A stretch of 64,000 nucleotides of DNA, taken from positions 704,001 to 768,000 of the forward strand of contig CAWEWF010000014.1 of assembly GCA_963812605.1 (NCBI GenBank), given 5' to 3'. This DNA is from an uncultured Verrucomicrobiae bacterium. Its GTDB lineage: Bacteria > Verrucomicrobiota > Verrucomicrobiia > Palsa-1439. Numbering within the stretch: position 1 is the first letter of the stretch; each line of letters begins with the position of its first letter. The notes under the pieces were generated by a model, which saw only the letters and a program-made list of their open reading frames with translations, did no database searches and had not been told where the DNA came from. Both the position numbers and the translations under genes were made by a program. Positions 10,491-23,235 of this stretch are shown here, one piece after another.

Positions 10491-10611
10491 CTTTGCCTGT
10501 CAGAATGCATCGACACAGGCAGGGACGCCTGTGCCACCAAATTTTATGAGACTACTTGTAGACATTGCGTTGCTCTGGCATAATTGGCGAGAACACTTAA
10601 AGGAGAACACA

Positions 10612-11106
10612 ATGGCACTGAAAGTTGGCGACAAGGCACCGGATTTTGAATTGACCACGAAAGCGGCGGAGGGTCCGAAGAAGATCAAGCTCAGCAGCAA
10701 CCAGGGCAAGAAGAACACGGTGCTGCTGTTTTTCCCGATGGCTTTTACCGGCGGTTGCACGAAAGAGATGTGCGAGGTGAGCATGGGGTTGAACGCCTAC
10801 ACCAGCCTAAATGCCGACGTCCTCGGGATCAGCGGCGACAATCCGTTCGCGCAAGCCGCGTGGGCGGAGAAAGAAAAGATCACCGTCGCGTTGCTGGCCG
10901 ACTACGAACACAAGGTCGCCCAGGCGTATGGCATCGCCTATGACAGTTTTTTGCCGCAGAAGAACCTCGGCATGGGCGGCGTCCCCAAGCGATCGGCCTT
11001 CGTCATCGACAAACAAGGGGTCGTGCGTTACGCGGAAAGTAACGATGATCCGGGCGTAATGCCGAATTTCGAGGCGATCAAGTCGAGCCTGGCGCAGTTG
11101 AAGTAG
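10612..11106 (+). CDS. Peroxiredoxin (AhpC/TSA family)
   Basis: LKVGDKAPDF, FFPMAFTGGCTKEMC; AAGGAG RBS. Confidence 0.92.
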   Translation: MALKVGDKAPDFELTTKAAEGPKKIKLSSNQGKKNTVLLFFPMAFTGGCTKEMCEVSMGLNAYTSLNADVLGISGDNPFAQAAWAEKEKITVALLADYEHKVAQAYGIAYDSFLPQKNLGMGGVPKRSAFVIDKQGVVRYAESNDDPGVMPNFEAIKSSLAQLK

Positions 11107-11183
11107 CAAGGTCCGCTGGGTCCGCGCAGTTTTATCGCCCTGGCCTGACACGTCAGGGCGATTTTTTACCAGTCGCCGGCGCT

Positions 11184-11702
11184 TCAATGGCCCTGGGCGC
11201 GATCGGGTTCGAGCACGCGGGAATTCACGGTCGCTACAATCCGTTTGCAGGCCTGGCCCAGATCTTCTCCTGCGGTGATTTCCAGCCAATGTCCGCGAAG
11301 GAAGATGTATCCCTTGCCGAACGCGGCAGCGTGTTCCGCGGTGGCCTCGTCGGCGCGTTGAGAAACGAAGGCGCTCATGCGTTCGGTGTCGAAACATTGT
11401 CCGATCAATACCGAAAAGGCAACGCCGGCGGAATCCTTCGTGTGGATTCCCGAAGTCGTGCCCACAGGCGCGGCAAAAACGTCCAGACGATACGCGGGCT
11501 CCTCATCCGTGAGCATCACGTGTGGTAGCGATTGAAGGGCGTCGGTCAACTGCCTGACGATGTTGCTTTTGAGCGAGGCCTCCGCAGTGACCGTCAATTT
11601 GATGCGTATGGCAGACGCTGTTCCTTCACTCTGAGCAGGAACTTGTACTTCGAGGGACAGCAAACCCGCCAGCACAACCATAAACGCAACGAAACGCTTC
11701 AT
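11184..11702 (-). CDS. Hypothetical secreted protein
   Basis: MKRFVAFMVVLAG signal peptide, AGGAG RBS. Confidence 0.65.
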   Translation of the reverse strand: MKRFVAFMVVLAGLLSLEVQVPAQSEGTASAIRIKLTVTAEASLKSNIVRQLTDALQSLPHVMLTDEEPAYRLDVFAAPVGTTSGIHTKDSAGVAFSVLIGQCFDTERMSAFVSQRADEATAEHAAAFGKGYIFLRGHWLEITAGEDLGQACKRIVATVNSRVLEPDRAQGH

Positions 11703-12060
11703 GGAATCTCCTTCTGCAGCCGATATTCGACGATCGCCAACGGGTTCGCAGCCTATCGTGTTCGGACAGGACTGACAAGCTGGCAACTCAGGACGGCACG
11801 TGCAACCCATGGGGCACCGTTGGCAAAAGCAGAGTTTTTTGGCTATCGGACGAGGATTTGGGACCTTTCTCTCTGTATCTTCCTCAATACCAACTACCTT
11901 GTAAGCCAATAAAAATAAGGCCTGTGAGGTACACCAGCCCTTGAATTACCTCTTTCCCTGTGCTACATATCAGGGCTCACACGTTCCCCGCTTTCATGGG
12001 GATGGGGAATGCGAGGAGTGACGTATTAGGGTTACGTAATTAGGGAAAACAGGGAGAAGT

Positions 12061-12867
12061 ATGGGTATTCAAAAAGTTGTACGGGGTGGGGTATTTCGTG
12101 TTTTTGCCGCAGCGCTCTTTTTGCCGGTAGCGGCTCTTGCCGACACCATCAGCGGAACTGCCGGGGCCGCCTTTCAGAACTGGACAGCCGCCGATCTCAA
12201 TCAAAACGGCAAGCCGTATTGGGACAACACGTCCCTCGACGGAAACGATATGAACGTCGGCTACTTCCTGACCGACGCGCCAACGGCCCCGCTCGCGGGC
12301 GCGCCTGGTGCGCTGCCGTTTTGGGGCAAGTCTTTCAATCCGGTCACCGACAAGGGCGGCACTCCAGATCTGAACTTCTTCTTCCAAAAGAACTCGTCTT
12401 TTAGCATCGCCAGCTTGCAGTTGGAAGTGGCCGCGAACTCGAACATCAACGAATTCGGCTGGTATGATATCACGGCCCCGTCGGTGCTACATACGATCTT
12501 CACCGGCCCCGACGCGGCGCCCACGACCAATTCGTTCACACCCAGCGCCGAATATGGCTTCTGGTTGAAGAGCGCTGACGGCACCTACTATACGCAGTCG
12601 TCGCTGAATCCCAGCGGCGATACGAGTCATCAACACTTCGCGGTCTTCGAGCAATCCTCGACAAACGGAGCCCAGATCTATTGGCTGGGGATTGAAGACT
12701 TCAACCTGTCCGAATTCCATGGCGCCGAAGGCGGCGTAGGCGACTACAATGACATGCTCGTCCGCATCTCTGCCGCGCAGGTCCTGACTGTGCCCGAGCC
12801 GTCAACTGTGGCGTTCGTGCTGAGCGGCGCCTTGCTCATGGTTTGCAGGCAGAAACGCCGCCGGTAG
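12061..12867 (+). CDS. PEP-CTERM surface protein (DUF4114-like C-terminus)
   Basis: Signal peptide; GIEDF...DYNDMLVRI; VPEPST-TM-RQKRRR. Confidence 0.9.
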   Translation: MGIQKVVRGGVFRVFAAALFLPVAALADTISGTAGAAFQNWTAADLNQNGKPYWDNTSLDGNDMNVGYFLTDAPTAPLAGAPGALPFWGKSFNPVTDKGGTPDLNFFFQKNSSFSIASLQLEVAANSNINEFGWYDITAPSVLHTIFTGPDAAPTTNSFTPSAEYGFWLKSADGTYYTQSSLNPSGDTSHQHFAVFEQSSTNGAQIYWLGIEDFNLSEFHGAEGGVGDYNDMLVRISAAQVLTVPEPSTVAFVLSGALLMVCRQKRRR

Positions 12868-12908
12868 TTCCGTTCAATTAATCGAGCTTGCCGACAGCCA
12901 ACCCAGGG

Positions 12909-12935
12909 AGCCCCGACCTAAAAAGTCGGGGCTTT
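12909..12935. terminator. Hairpin between convergent genes
   Basis: AGCCCCGAC-CTAAAAA-GTCGGGGCT-TT. Confidence 0.6.
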
Positions 12936-12969
12936 CCGTTTCAGCCTTTGGAACGGGCTGCCGCGACAA

Positions 12970-13740
12970 CTACTTCCCGGCGGCACGCTTTCGATTCGGC
13001 TTGGCGGGGGTTTTCACGGGCTGATGCGGGATTGACAGGGCGTCGACTCCGGAGGCGCGGTAGCGCAGCCAATGAATGGCAAAGCGCGCCAGCTCTTCGC
13101 TCGTTCTCAGGTTCAGCTTCTCCTTGATGTGTTCCCGATGCGACGCGACGGTTTTGGTGCTGAGGTGCAGCCGGCGGGCGATTTCCTGGGTGGCGTAGCC
13201 GTCGCCAATCAACTGGAAAATCTCCAGCTCGCGGTTGCTCAGCCGCTGGGCAAGCGAAGTAATCTTGTCCTGGGACACATTGCCCCCGAGGCGGTTGACA
13301 ATCACATTCGTGACCTTCCCGCTCAAATAAACCTGACCGCGCAGCACCTGGCGGATCGCCTGCAGCAGCACGTCCGTTTCCTCCTGTTTCATTACATAGC
13401 CCTTGGCGCCAGCGTGCAGGCTGCGTTCGGCATAGAGGGTCTCGTCGTGCATGGACAACACGATGGTTGGCAACTGCGGATGGCGCAGCTTGATGTCCTT
13501 GATCAGCTCGATGCCGCTGCCTTCGCCCAGGGCGAGGTCCACCACGGCAATGTGGGGCCGCAACTTCTCAATCGCTGCCAAGGCGGCATTAGCATCCCGT
13601 GCCTGGCCGCAGACCTCCAGATCCGGTTCTCCATTGATGCGCTGCGCCAACCCCTCGCAAACCAGCGGGTGATCATCCACCAACAGAACTCGCTGCCGGA
13701 TGCCGGCGGTTTCTGGCTGCTTGGTCTGGGCGGCTTTCAT
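12970..13740 (-). CDS. NarL/LuxR-family response regulator
   Basis: VLLVDDHPLV, VLSMHDE, LSNRELEIFQLIG...HLSTKTV. Confidence 0.93.
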   Translation of the reverse strand: MKAAQTKQPETAGIRQRVLLVDDHPLVCEGLAQRINGEPDLEVCGQARDANAALAAIEKLRPHIAVVDLALGEGSGIELIKDIKLRHPQLPTIVLSMHDETLYAERSLHAGAKGYVMKQEETDVLLQAIRQVLRGQVYLSGKVTNVIVNRLGGNVSQDKITSLAQRLSNRELEIFQLIGDGYATQEIARRLHLSTKTVASHREHIKEKLNLRTSEELARFAIHWLRYRASGVDALSIPHQPVKTPAKPNRKRAAGK

Positions 13741-15437
13741 TTTGATTTTCGGGCGTGGCCCGGCAAGATGCAACTGATAATCGTTCCGCCGCCGCGGCAA
13801 GACGCGATCTGGAGCTTGGCGCCGATCGCGCGCGCGCGGCAATTCATGTTCTCGAAACCCATTCCCCGGCCCTCCGCCGAATCCCCGGACAACCCGCGGC
13901 CGTTATCGACAATGCTCAACACGGTCCCTCCCCGCCGACGGTGAAGCGAGACGCAGATTTCCGTGGCCTTTCCGTGAATGATGCCATTGTGGATCGCCTC
14001 CTGCGTGATGCGGTAAAGATGAACGGCCACGCCGTGGTCGCGGATGTGGACCCGGTGATTGGATTCAAATCGGCAGGAAATCGAGAACATCGTCCCGATG
14101 GAGGACGCCAACTCATCCAGGGCCGCCACCAGACCCATGGTTCCCAGGTTCACGGGATTAAGCCCGCGGGCGATCTGGCGTGCCTGGCTGGCGGTCGCCC
14201 GGGACAGCGCGGCGATTCGCCCTGCCACGCCCGCTTCGGAGGGGGATTGGGCCGCGAGTTGCCTTTGCAGATTACTGGCGATGTAAGCAATGCCGGCCAA
14301 TTGTTGGCACAAGCCATCATGCAAATCGCGCCCGATGCGCTGTTGTTCGCGTTCGCTGATTTCCAACAATTGCCCCTCGGCGCGGCGCCGCCCCATCACC
14401 TGACCAATTTGGCTGCAGATATCCTTGAGCAGTTGCAGCAAATGTTTGTCGGGAGGCAAGACGCGGCGGCTGAAAACCGTGATGACTCCCAGCACTTCCT
14501 GGTTCAGCCGGATCGGAAAGGCAAAGACCGTCCGCAGTCCATACTTGTCAGCGGCCCGCGTTCGTTGCGGCGCCGGCTGCTGGGAAACGTCCTCAATCCA
14601 GAGCGGCTGGTTGCGCGCCCAAACGGAGCCGGGGATTCCTTCGCCGCGCGCAAAGCCCAGATCCTTCGTGGCGCGCTCCACGCGGGGCAGCCGCTGCGAG
14701 GCGGGATGCCAGGTTTGGGCGCAGCGCAAGACATTTGCTGCCGGATCCACCCTCCAAAGCTCGCCCCAGTCGCAACCCAGGTTCTCACAAATGGCCCGAA
14801 AAATTTTCGGGCCGGCCTCGGACAAAGTATAGGATTCGGCGAGCGCATCCGTGGTGGCCTGTTGCGCGCGCAACCGCTGCTGGGCGCGCCGCATCTCGGT
14901 GACATCCTGGGCCAACAATAGAACGATCCGCCTTCCTCGCAAGGGGATCAGAGCCGCGTCGATTTCGACGTTGATAAAGCCGCCATCCTTACGGCGATGG
15001 CGAAACACGTTGTCGTGCCCGTTGTTGGCAACACCGCGCGGCGAAGATAATCCCTGGCAGTACTTCCTGAAGCCCGCCAGAGATTCCGGTGCGCTCAGGT
15101 CCGTCACTTTCATTTGGTGGAACTCGGACCGCGAATACTTGTAGCGGCGGATGGTTGCCTCATTCACCGCCAGGATGCGCAGGGTCCGGGCATCGCAGAC
15201 AAAGCGCGGTTGTGGCAGCTTCACAAACAGGAGCCGATGCAGTTCCTCCGCTTCCGACAAAGTTTGGAGCGCCTCTTGCGTCCGGGTCAGGGCTTCCGCA
15301 ACCCACTCGAATCCCTGCTTTTCATCCAAACGCTCGACACGTCCCCGATTACGGCCAAAAGGAAGGAGAGACGGAAGCTTTGTTTTCAAAGCCAACGCCG
15401 ACCGCTTCGTATCTACTCGCATCGAGGCGCCCGCCAT
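13737..15437 (-). CDS. Cytoplasmic PAS-GAF histidine kinase (HisKA_3 type)
   Basis: EQQRIGRDLHDGLCQQL, LYRITQEAIHN, DNGRG; no TM segment. Confidence 0.9.
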   Translation of the reverse strand: MAGASMRVDTKRSALALKTKLPSLLPFGRNRGRVERLDEKQGFEWVAEALTRTQEALQTLSEAEELHRLLFVKLPQPRFVCDARTLRILAVNEATIRRYKYSRSEFHQMKVTDLSAPESLAGFRKYCQGLSSPRGVANNGHDNVFRHRRKDGGFINVEIDAALIPLRGRRIVLLLAQDVTEMRRAQQRLRAQQATTDALAESYTLSEAGPKIFRAICENLGCDWGELWRVDPAANVLRCAQTWHPASQRLPRVERATKDLGFARGEGIPGSVWARNQPLWIEDVSQQPAPQRTRAADKYGLRTVFAFPIRLNQEVLGVITVFSRRVLPPDKHLLQLLKDICSQIGQVMGRRRAEGQLLEISEREQQRIGRDLHDGLCQQLAGIAYIASNLQRQLAAQSPSEAGVAGRIAALSRATASQARQIARGLNPVNLGTMGLVAALDELASSIGTMFSISCRFESNHRVHIRDHGVAVHLYRITQEAIHNGIIHGKATEICVSLHRRRGGTVLSIVDNGRGLSGDSAEGRGMGFENMNCRARAIGAKLQIASCRGGGTIISCILPGHARKSK

Positions 15438-15609
15438 CCCTTTTCTCCAAGTACGCCATTAGATTAACCGAGGCTGGGCAGATTGCAAGTCTAATGCGGC
15501 GCCGCTACGACCCTGTATGCCAGTAGTTTGCGGCGTTACGGGGGTGAAAAGAATTTGAGAGCGAAGAGGGGTTTCCCCAGCGGCGGAAAGCACAGCAGCC
15601 GCCGGCGCC

Positions 15610-16011
15610 CTATCGCCTGGGCTTGGAGTGATGATTATCGTCCGGAGAGGATCCCTGCAGATCGCGCAAGGAGACGATTCCCACGAGATGTTTCCGCCGA
15701 TTCAATACGGGCAATCGGCGGAGTTGCCACCGCTGCATCAGATCAGCGGCTTCATTGACATTTTGGCCTTCGCGGCCGCAAATGGCCGGGAACATCATCA
15801 CTTCGCGCACCTGGCTGGTCCGCGGGTCGCAACCCTGGGCCGTCGCCCGCACCGTCAAGTCCCGCGCGGTCAACAGCCCCACGATTTTTCGTCCCTCGCA
15901 AACCGGCAGCATACTGACATTGTAAACACTCATCTTGCGCGCGGCTTCCTGCAACAGCGTATCCGGGGCAACCACCGCGACGCTTCTTTTCATGACGTTT
16001 TTGAGCTGCAT
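15610..16011 (-). CDS. CBS-domain protein
   Basis: LPVCEG.KIVGLLTARDL, LRRLPVLN...LVGIVSLRDL. Confidence 0.88.
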   Translation of the reverse strand: MQLKNVMKRSVAVVAPDTLLQEAARKMSVYNVSMLPVCEGRKIVGLLTARDLTVRATAQGCDPRTSQVREVMMFPAICGREGQNVNEAADLMQRWQLRRLPVLNRRKHLVGIVSLRDLQGSSPDDNHHSKPRR

Positions 16012-16368
16012 GGCGCTGGTCAGTCGGCTCCGTGAGGAAGAGGACGCAAGGCGCGAGCACGATGATCGCTGGCGATGCGAACAACAACGCGGTCTATATT
16101 GCCACCTGTCATCTTTATCCTACTTGGCGTGCGGCTACTTTACCCGGCTGTTCGGGTTGGCACAATAGAACCCGGACTGTTTTATGGTTCGGAGGATATC
16201 CCATCCCCCCTCAGCCGATCTCCCATGGGAAAACCGTCTTCGCACCGATTGTGGAGACGCGCTCCTTGGCGTAGAAAGAGGAGCGTAAGAACAATCATGA
16301 ACCCAGAGCTACAACGAACCGAAAACCAGAAGGCCGATGAAGGATTGACCGGCCTGGTTGGAAGATTT

Positions 16369-16718
16369 TCAGATGTGGCCGAAACCGGGGCATCAGCGGC
16401 GTTAGTATCGGATCCTCCCCGTGCAATAAACTCGCTTCGTGTTTTGTCGCTTCTCCAAGTGCAAGACACCCTCACCACATTGCACAAACTCGCACCGAGC
16501 TACCGCCAGCTGATGCCCCTCCGGCCCTTTGTTTTTGTTCATGAAGATGAAATTTCGTCAGATGTGGCCGAAACCGGGGCATCAGCGGCGTTAGTATCGG
16601 ATCCTCCCCGTGCAATAAACTCGCTTCGTGTTTTGTCGCTTCTCCAAGTGCAGGACACCCTCACCACATTGCACAAACTCGCACCGAGCTACCGCCAGCT
16701 GATGCCCCTCCGGCCCTT
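16369..16718. repeat. Two 161-bp direct repeats (16369-16529, 16558-16718), each a long imperfect hairpin; candidate ncRNA
   Basis: Copies differ at one position; termini GGGGCATCAGC/GCTGATGCCCC, inner GTGCAAT/ATTGCAC. Confidence 0.85.
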
Positions 16719-16895
16719 ATGGAATTGAGATCGATGAAACCTTTTCAACAATTCTCGAATGATTCAGCCAAGGTCGGGCAGATTTTGTTTTGGCTGTTCC
16801 CTTACGAGCAGAGCACATTTAATCCCCGCCGGACGCGGACAGATCGTGGCACACGCGGCGCCGCTGACGTTCGCGCATCCCAGGGGGCGCGTTCA

Positions 16896-17305
16896 AGAAG
16901 CATTTCGAGTCGTCAATCTGCAAGCTGAAGCCGGCACCAGGGAGTCAGGGGATCGGCCGGTGGAAGCTGAAGGAACACAGGTTGGGGCTGCCACTAGGGA
17001 AAAAGGGAGTGGCGGCTGCAGCCGAAGAAAGAAGTCGGCAGGCGGAAGCTGGCGGCAGGGAAACAAGGGATCTGCCAGCGGGAGCCGATGGAACGTAGGC
17101 CAAGGCGGCCACCAGGGAAAAAGGGAGTGGCCGCTACGGTCGAAAAAGAAGTCAGTCAAGTCGTCCGGCGAAAGCTGGCGCCAGGGATCGGCGCCGGCTG
17201 AAGCCGAAAAAACTCGGTGGAAACTGCCACTAGGGAAAAAGGGAGTGGCAGTTTCGGCCGACAAAAAGGAAGCCTGTCGAGTCGTCCATCGGCAGGCGGA
17301 GCCTG
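16896..17305 (+). ncRNA. Candidate CsrB/RsmZ-like sRNA: hairpins with AGGGA loops
   Basis: At least six stem-loops, e.g. GCTGCCACT-AGGGAAAAAGGG-AGTGGCGGC. Confidence 0.5.
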
Positions 17306-17365
17306 AAGTAACAACGGCTGGACAGATGTCGATTACGTTACAACTGGCATTAAGGGCAATAGGGA

Positions 17366-18298
17366 ATGAAAACAGTTGTGCGGGGCCTCGTCGCCCTGTT
17401 GGTTTTATTTGTTGTCGGTAACGTCGCTCATGGCCTCACCTTCACCGCTACGGGTCAGGGCGACAATACCAATAAGATATTGAGCGCGTCGGTCACGTTT
17501 GCCGTCTCCGACCTGAAGCTCGTTATCACGCTCGCGAATACCGCCACCTTCGACCCGGATGATAGCGCTGACATCCTCACGGGCGTTTTTTTCACGCTGG
17601 TTGGAGACCCGCTGCTCACCCGGACATCGGCGCTGCTCGGTTCCGATACGGCGATCGAAGCCCGTTCGGGAGTGAGCGGTCCCGGTATGAATGTTGGCGG
17701 CCAGTGGGCCTATCGCAATGACTTGACCGACCTGACCAATGAACCGAACGAAGGCCTCGCCATCGCGGGCCTGAAAAACTTTAGCAAGAAACCGTATCGC
17801 TTCTCCGGCCGAAAGCTGGCCTCCCCCAGCGGTGTGCAATACGGGGTCACGACGGACTTCGATAACCTGGGCAACGATAAGGCCAGCCTCAAGCACCAAC
17901 AGCTCATTGAGAACACCGTCGTCTTTACGATGGGCGGACTACCCACGAACTTTACATTCGCGGACATCTCCAACGTCAGTTTCCAGTATGGCACGGGCCC
18001 CTCAGCCGCGGACCTCGCCGGTACGGTCAGCGGTAGTGGCGTCCCCGTGATTCCGGAGCCAAACACCATCGCGCTGGTGGCGGCGGGTTTGCTCGGGGGC
18101 GTTCATCTCAGGGCGGCGACCAAGGGTCGTCGCCCACGTTCGCGCATGCCCCGGGGCGCGCCAAACCAGCCACACTGGCGTCCGGCGGCGCAACCAAGCG
18201 CAAGAGGTTCACCCGGGGAACAATCTTTTGGATGGTCCATCGGTCAACAGAATGTAAAGGAGAATTCGCTTTCATGCGAAAAGGTCGATTCGGCATGA
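17366..18298 (+). CDS. PEP-CTERM surface protein; true end probably near 18130
   Basis: Signal peptide; ADILTGVFF; NVSFQYGT; IPEPNTIALVAAGLLG, then an atypical tail suggesting a frameshift. Confidence 0.8.
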   Translation: MKTVVRGLVALLVLFVVGNVAHGLTFTATGQGDNTNKILSASVTFAVSDLKLVITLANTATFDPDDSADILTGVFFTLVGDPLLTRTSALLGSDTAIEARSGVSGPGMNVGGQWAYRNDLTDLTNEPNEGLAIAGLKNFSKKPYRFSGRKLASPSGVQYGVTTDFDNLGNDKASLKHQQLIENTVVFTMGGLPTNFTFADISNVSFQYGTGPSAADLAGTVSGSGVPVIPEPNTIALVAAGLLGGVHLRAATKGRRPRSRMPRGAPNQPHWRPAAQPSARGSPGEQSFGWSIGQQNVKENSLSCEKVDSA

Positions 18299-18404
18299 GA
18301 CGCCAGCGCACGAAGCATCGGCATTAGGATCGCAGCAACATGACAGAGAGGAAGATGGCGGATACAGGGACGCGCGCCATGAGGTTAACAAATGGGGACG
18401 GGTT

Positions 18405-19202
18405 ATGGGTATTAAACGGGTCATATGGGGAAGCGCCCTTGCCGTATCGCTCATTGTGCCGGTAGCAGCTTTTGCGGATACAATCAGCGGAACGGCCGGT
18501 GCCGGGTTTCAGAGTTGGACAGCCGCCAATCTCAATGAAAACGGCAAGCCGTATTGGGACAATCCGTCCCTCGACGGCAGCAATATGAATGTTGGGTTTT
18601 TTCTGACCGATGCGCCCACGGCCCCGCTGCCGGGCGCGCCTGGTGCGCTGCCGTTTTGGGGCAATACTTTCAGTTCGGGCGCCGACAGCGGCGGGACGCC
18701 AGATCTGAATTTTACTTTTCAAACGAACTCGGCCTTCGATGTCGCCAGCATGATCCTGGAAGTTGCCGCCAACTCCAATATCAACGAGTTCGGCTGGTAT
18801 AACATCACGGATCCGTCGGCGCTGCATCCGATCTTCGCCGGCGCCGACTCGCCGCCCGCTACTGACACGTTCGCACCGAACGGCCAGTATGGTTTCTACT
18901 TGAAAGGCAGCAACGGCACCTTCTACACGCAGTCCTCGCTGAACCCCGCCGGCGACACCTCGCACCAGCACTTCACCGTTTTCGAGCAATCCCCGACAAA
19001 GGGAGCCGAAGTTTATTGGCTGGGGATCGAAGACCTCACGGTGCACGATCAATTTGGCGGGGAAGGTGGCGCGGGTGACTACAATGACATGCTGGTCAAG
19101 ATATCGGGCGAGGCTGCGCCGGCTGTGCCGGAGCCCTCGACCGTGATGCTGGTGCTGAGCGGCGCCTTGCTCATGCTCTGCTCGCAGAAACGCCGCCGAT
19201 AG
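18405..19202 (+). CDS. PEP-CTERM surface protein, paralog of 12061-12867
   Basis: Collinear similarity ([29 protein letters not shown]); VPEPST. Confidence 0.9.
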   Translation: MGIKRVIWGSALAVSLIVPVAAFADTISGTAGAGFQSWTAANLNENGKPYWDNPSLDGSNMNVGFFLTDAPTAPLPGAPGALPFWGNTFSSGADSGGTPDLNFTFQTNSAFDVASMILEVAANSNINEFGWYNITDPSALHPIFAGADSPPATDTFAPNGQYGFYLKGSNGTFYTQSSLNPAGDTSHQHFTVFEQSPTKGAEVYWLGIEDLTVHDQFGGEGGAGDYNDMLVKISGEAAPAVPEPSTVMLVLSGALLMLCSQKRRR

Positions 19203-19329
19203 ACCCGCTTTCATTCGACCTCACGCCGCTGACATCTCTGGTGACGAAAGCCCCGAACAGCGAACTCGGAGCTTTTTGTCTCCTCCAGCGGCTTGCCTAA
19301 GCGGGAACGGGCCGTATAATGCAGTGGCG

Positions 19330-22210
<2,881 letters not shown>

Positions 22211-22599
22211 AAGCCCTACTAAACAAATCGATTAATTGACCGTTCTCGTTGTGCCATTCTCCCGGTTAGCATGATGCATATGTTACATATGCATCCAGCG
22301 AAATCGCCTTCCGTATACTCTCCCAGCGATAGCCCAGGACAAAGCGTGGTCGCTCACGCCATAATAGATGTCACTGACATCTATTATGGAGTTGACCACA
22401 CTGGTGGCCGCAATCACAAACAAATAACGGTCGATTCGGAATGTTCAGCGGCGAGTCGGCGCATTACCCTGCCTAGCAGAGTGGACTCGGAAATTGAAAA
22501 CCAGAATGAAGAGTTGCTTTAGAGGGTCTGATGATGAGATTTGACTTTTTTCCGACCATGAGCAAGAGGCAATCAAAGGGCACGGCGAAGGAATGTGCT

Positions 22600-23226
22600 T
22601 CAGTATTGAGGATTTTTGCCGCTCGAGATCAACCACCAGTCGACAAGCCTGACTTTAGGATTCATACCACGCTCGCCCAATTTAGCATAGGCGGCGTTTA
22701 AGAAACGCCACGCGAACCTATGGTAATTTTCGTCTACATTTGGCGGAACCTGGGGCCCCCTCTGCTTGGGGAAAAATGTGAGGGCCTTTACGACTCGTGA
22801 GTCGTACAGCGGCACAATCTCATTGTGAAAATGCATATACTTTGAACAGAATGACGTGGCCTTCTTCTTGCCGCTGAGTTGTGGAGCGGTCAGTTTCACA
22901 AACCTCCCGTGAGCGGCAACGATTCGTTGCAGTTTTTCGCATGTCAGAGGTTCATCTATATCCACAATACTATTGAGTATCATGTCTATGTGAGTGTGTT
23001 GTAGACGCAAGAACTCTGCGAAGTTTTGAAGGCGCTGAGCGCCCTCGCCACCAGCTACAAGAGCCCGCGCGAGCTGCGCAGTGTATGTTCCATTGATAAT
23101 CCAGACTTTAGCAGTTACGACACCTAGATTCTCATGTGCGGGATGGCTTCGGCAGAGACAGCGAATGGTATCGTATGCTATTTGCCAACGAATATTATAG
23201 TCGCGGCACGCTTCGGCGTATGTCAT
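22600..23226 (-). CDS. Hypothetical protein with helix-hairpin-helix-like motif
   Basis: 208-aa ORF, AT-richer than flanks; TSFCSKYMHFH..VPLYDSRV. Confidence 0.65.
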   Translation of the reverse strand: MTYAEACRDYNIRWQIAYDTIRCLCRSHPAHENLGVVTAKVWIINGTYTAQLARALVAGGEGAQRLQNFAEFLRLQHTHIDMILNSIVDIDEPLTCEKLQRIVAAHGRFVKLTAPQLSGKKKATSFCSKYMHFHNEIVPLYDSRVVKALTFFPKQRGPQVPPNVDENYHRFAWRFLNAAYAKLGERGMNPKVRLVDWWLISSGKNPQY

Positions 23227-23235
23227 TGGAGTCTA

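Noticed and set aside
16075-16728. 217-aa ORF with an internal duplication
   Set aside because: It stays open because the repeat period (189) is a multiple of 3; the sequence is better explained as paired RNA/DNA structure
16896-17305. Possible CRISPR array
   Set aside because: No constant repeat with regular unique spacers and no cas genes; loops are conserved while stems vary
18318-18334. Sigma54-like GG-N10-GC upstream of a PEP-CTERM gene
   Set aside because: Weak match to TGGCAC-N5-TTGC, and I did not find it upstream of the other PEP-CTERM genes checked
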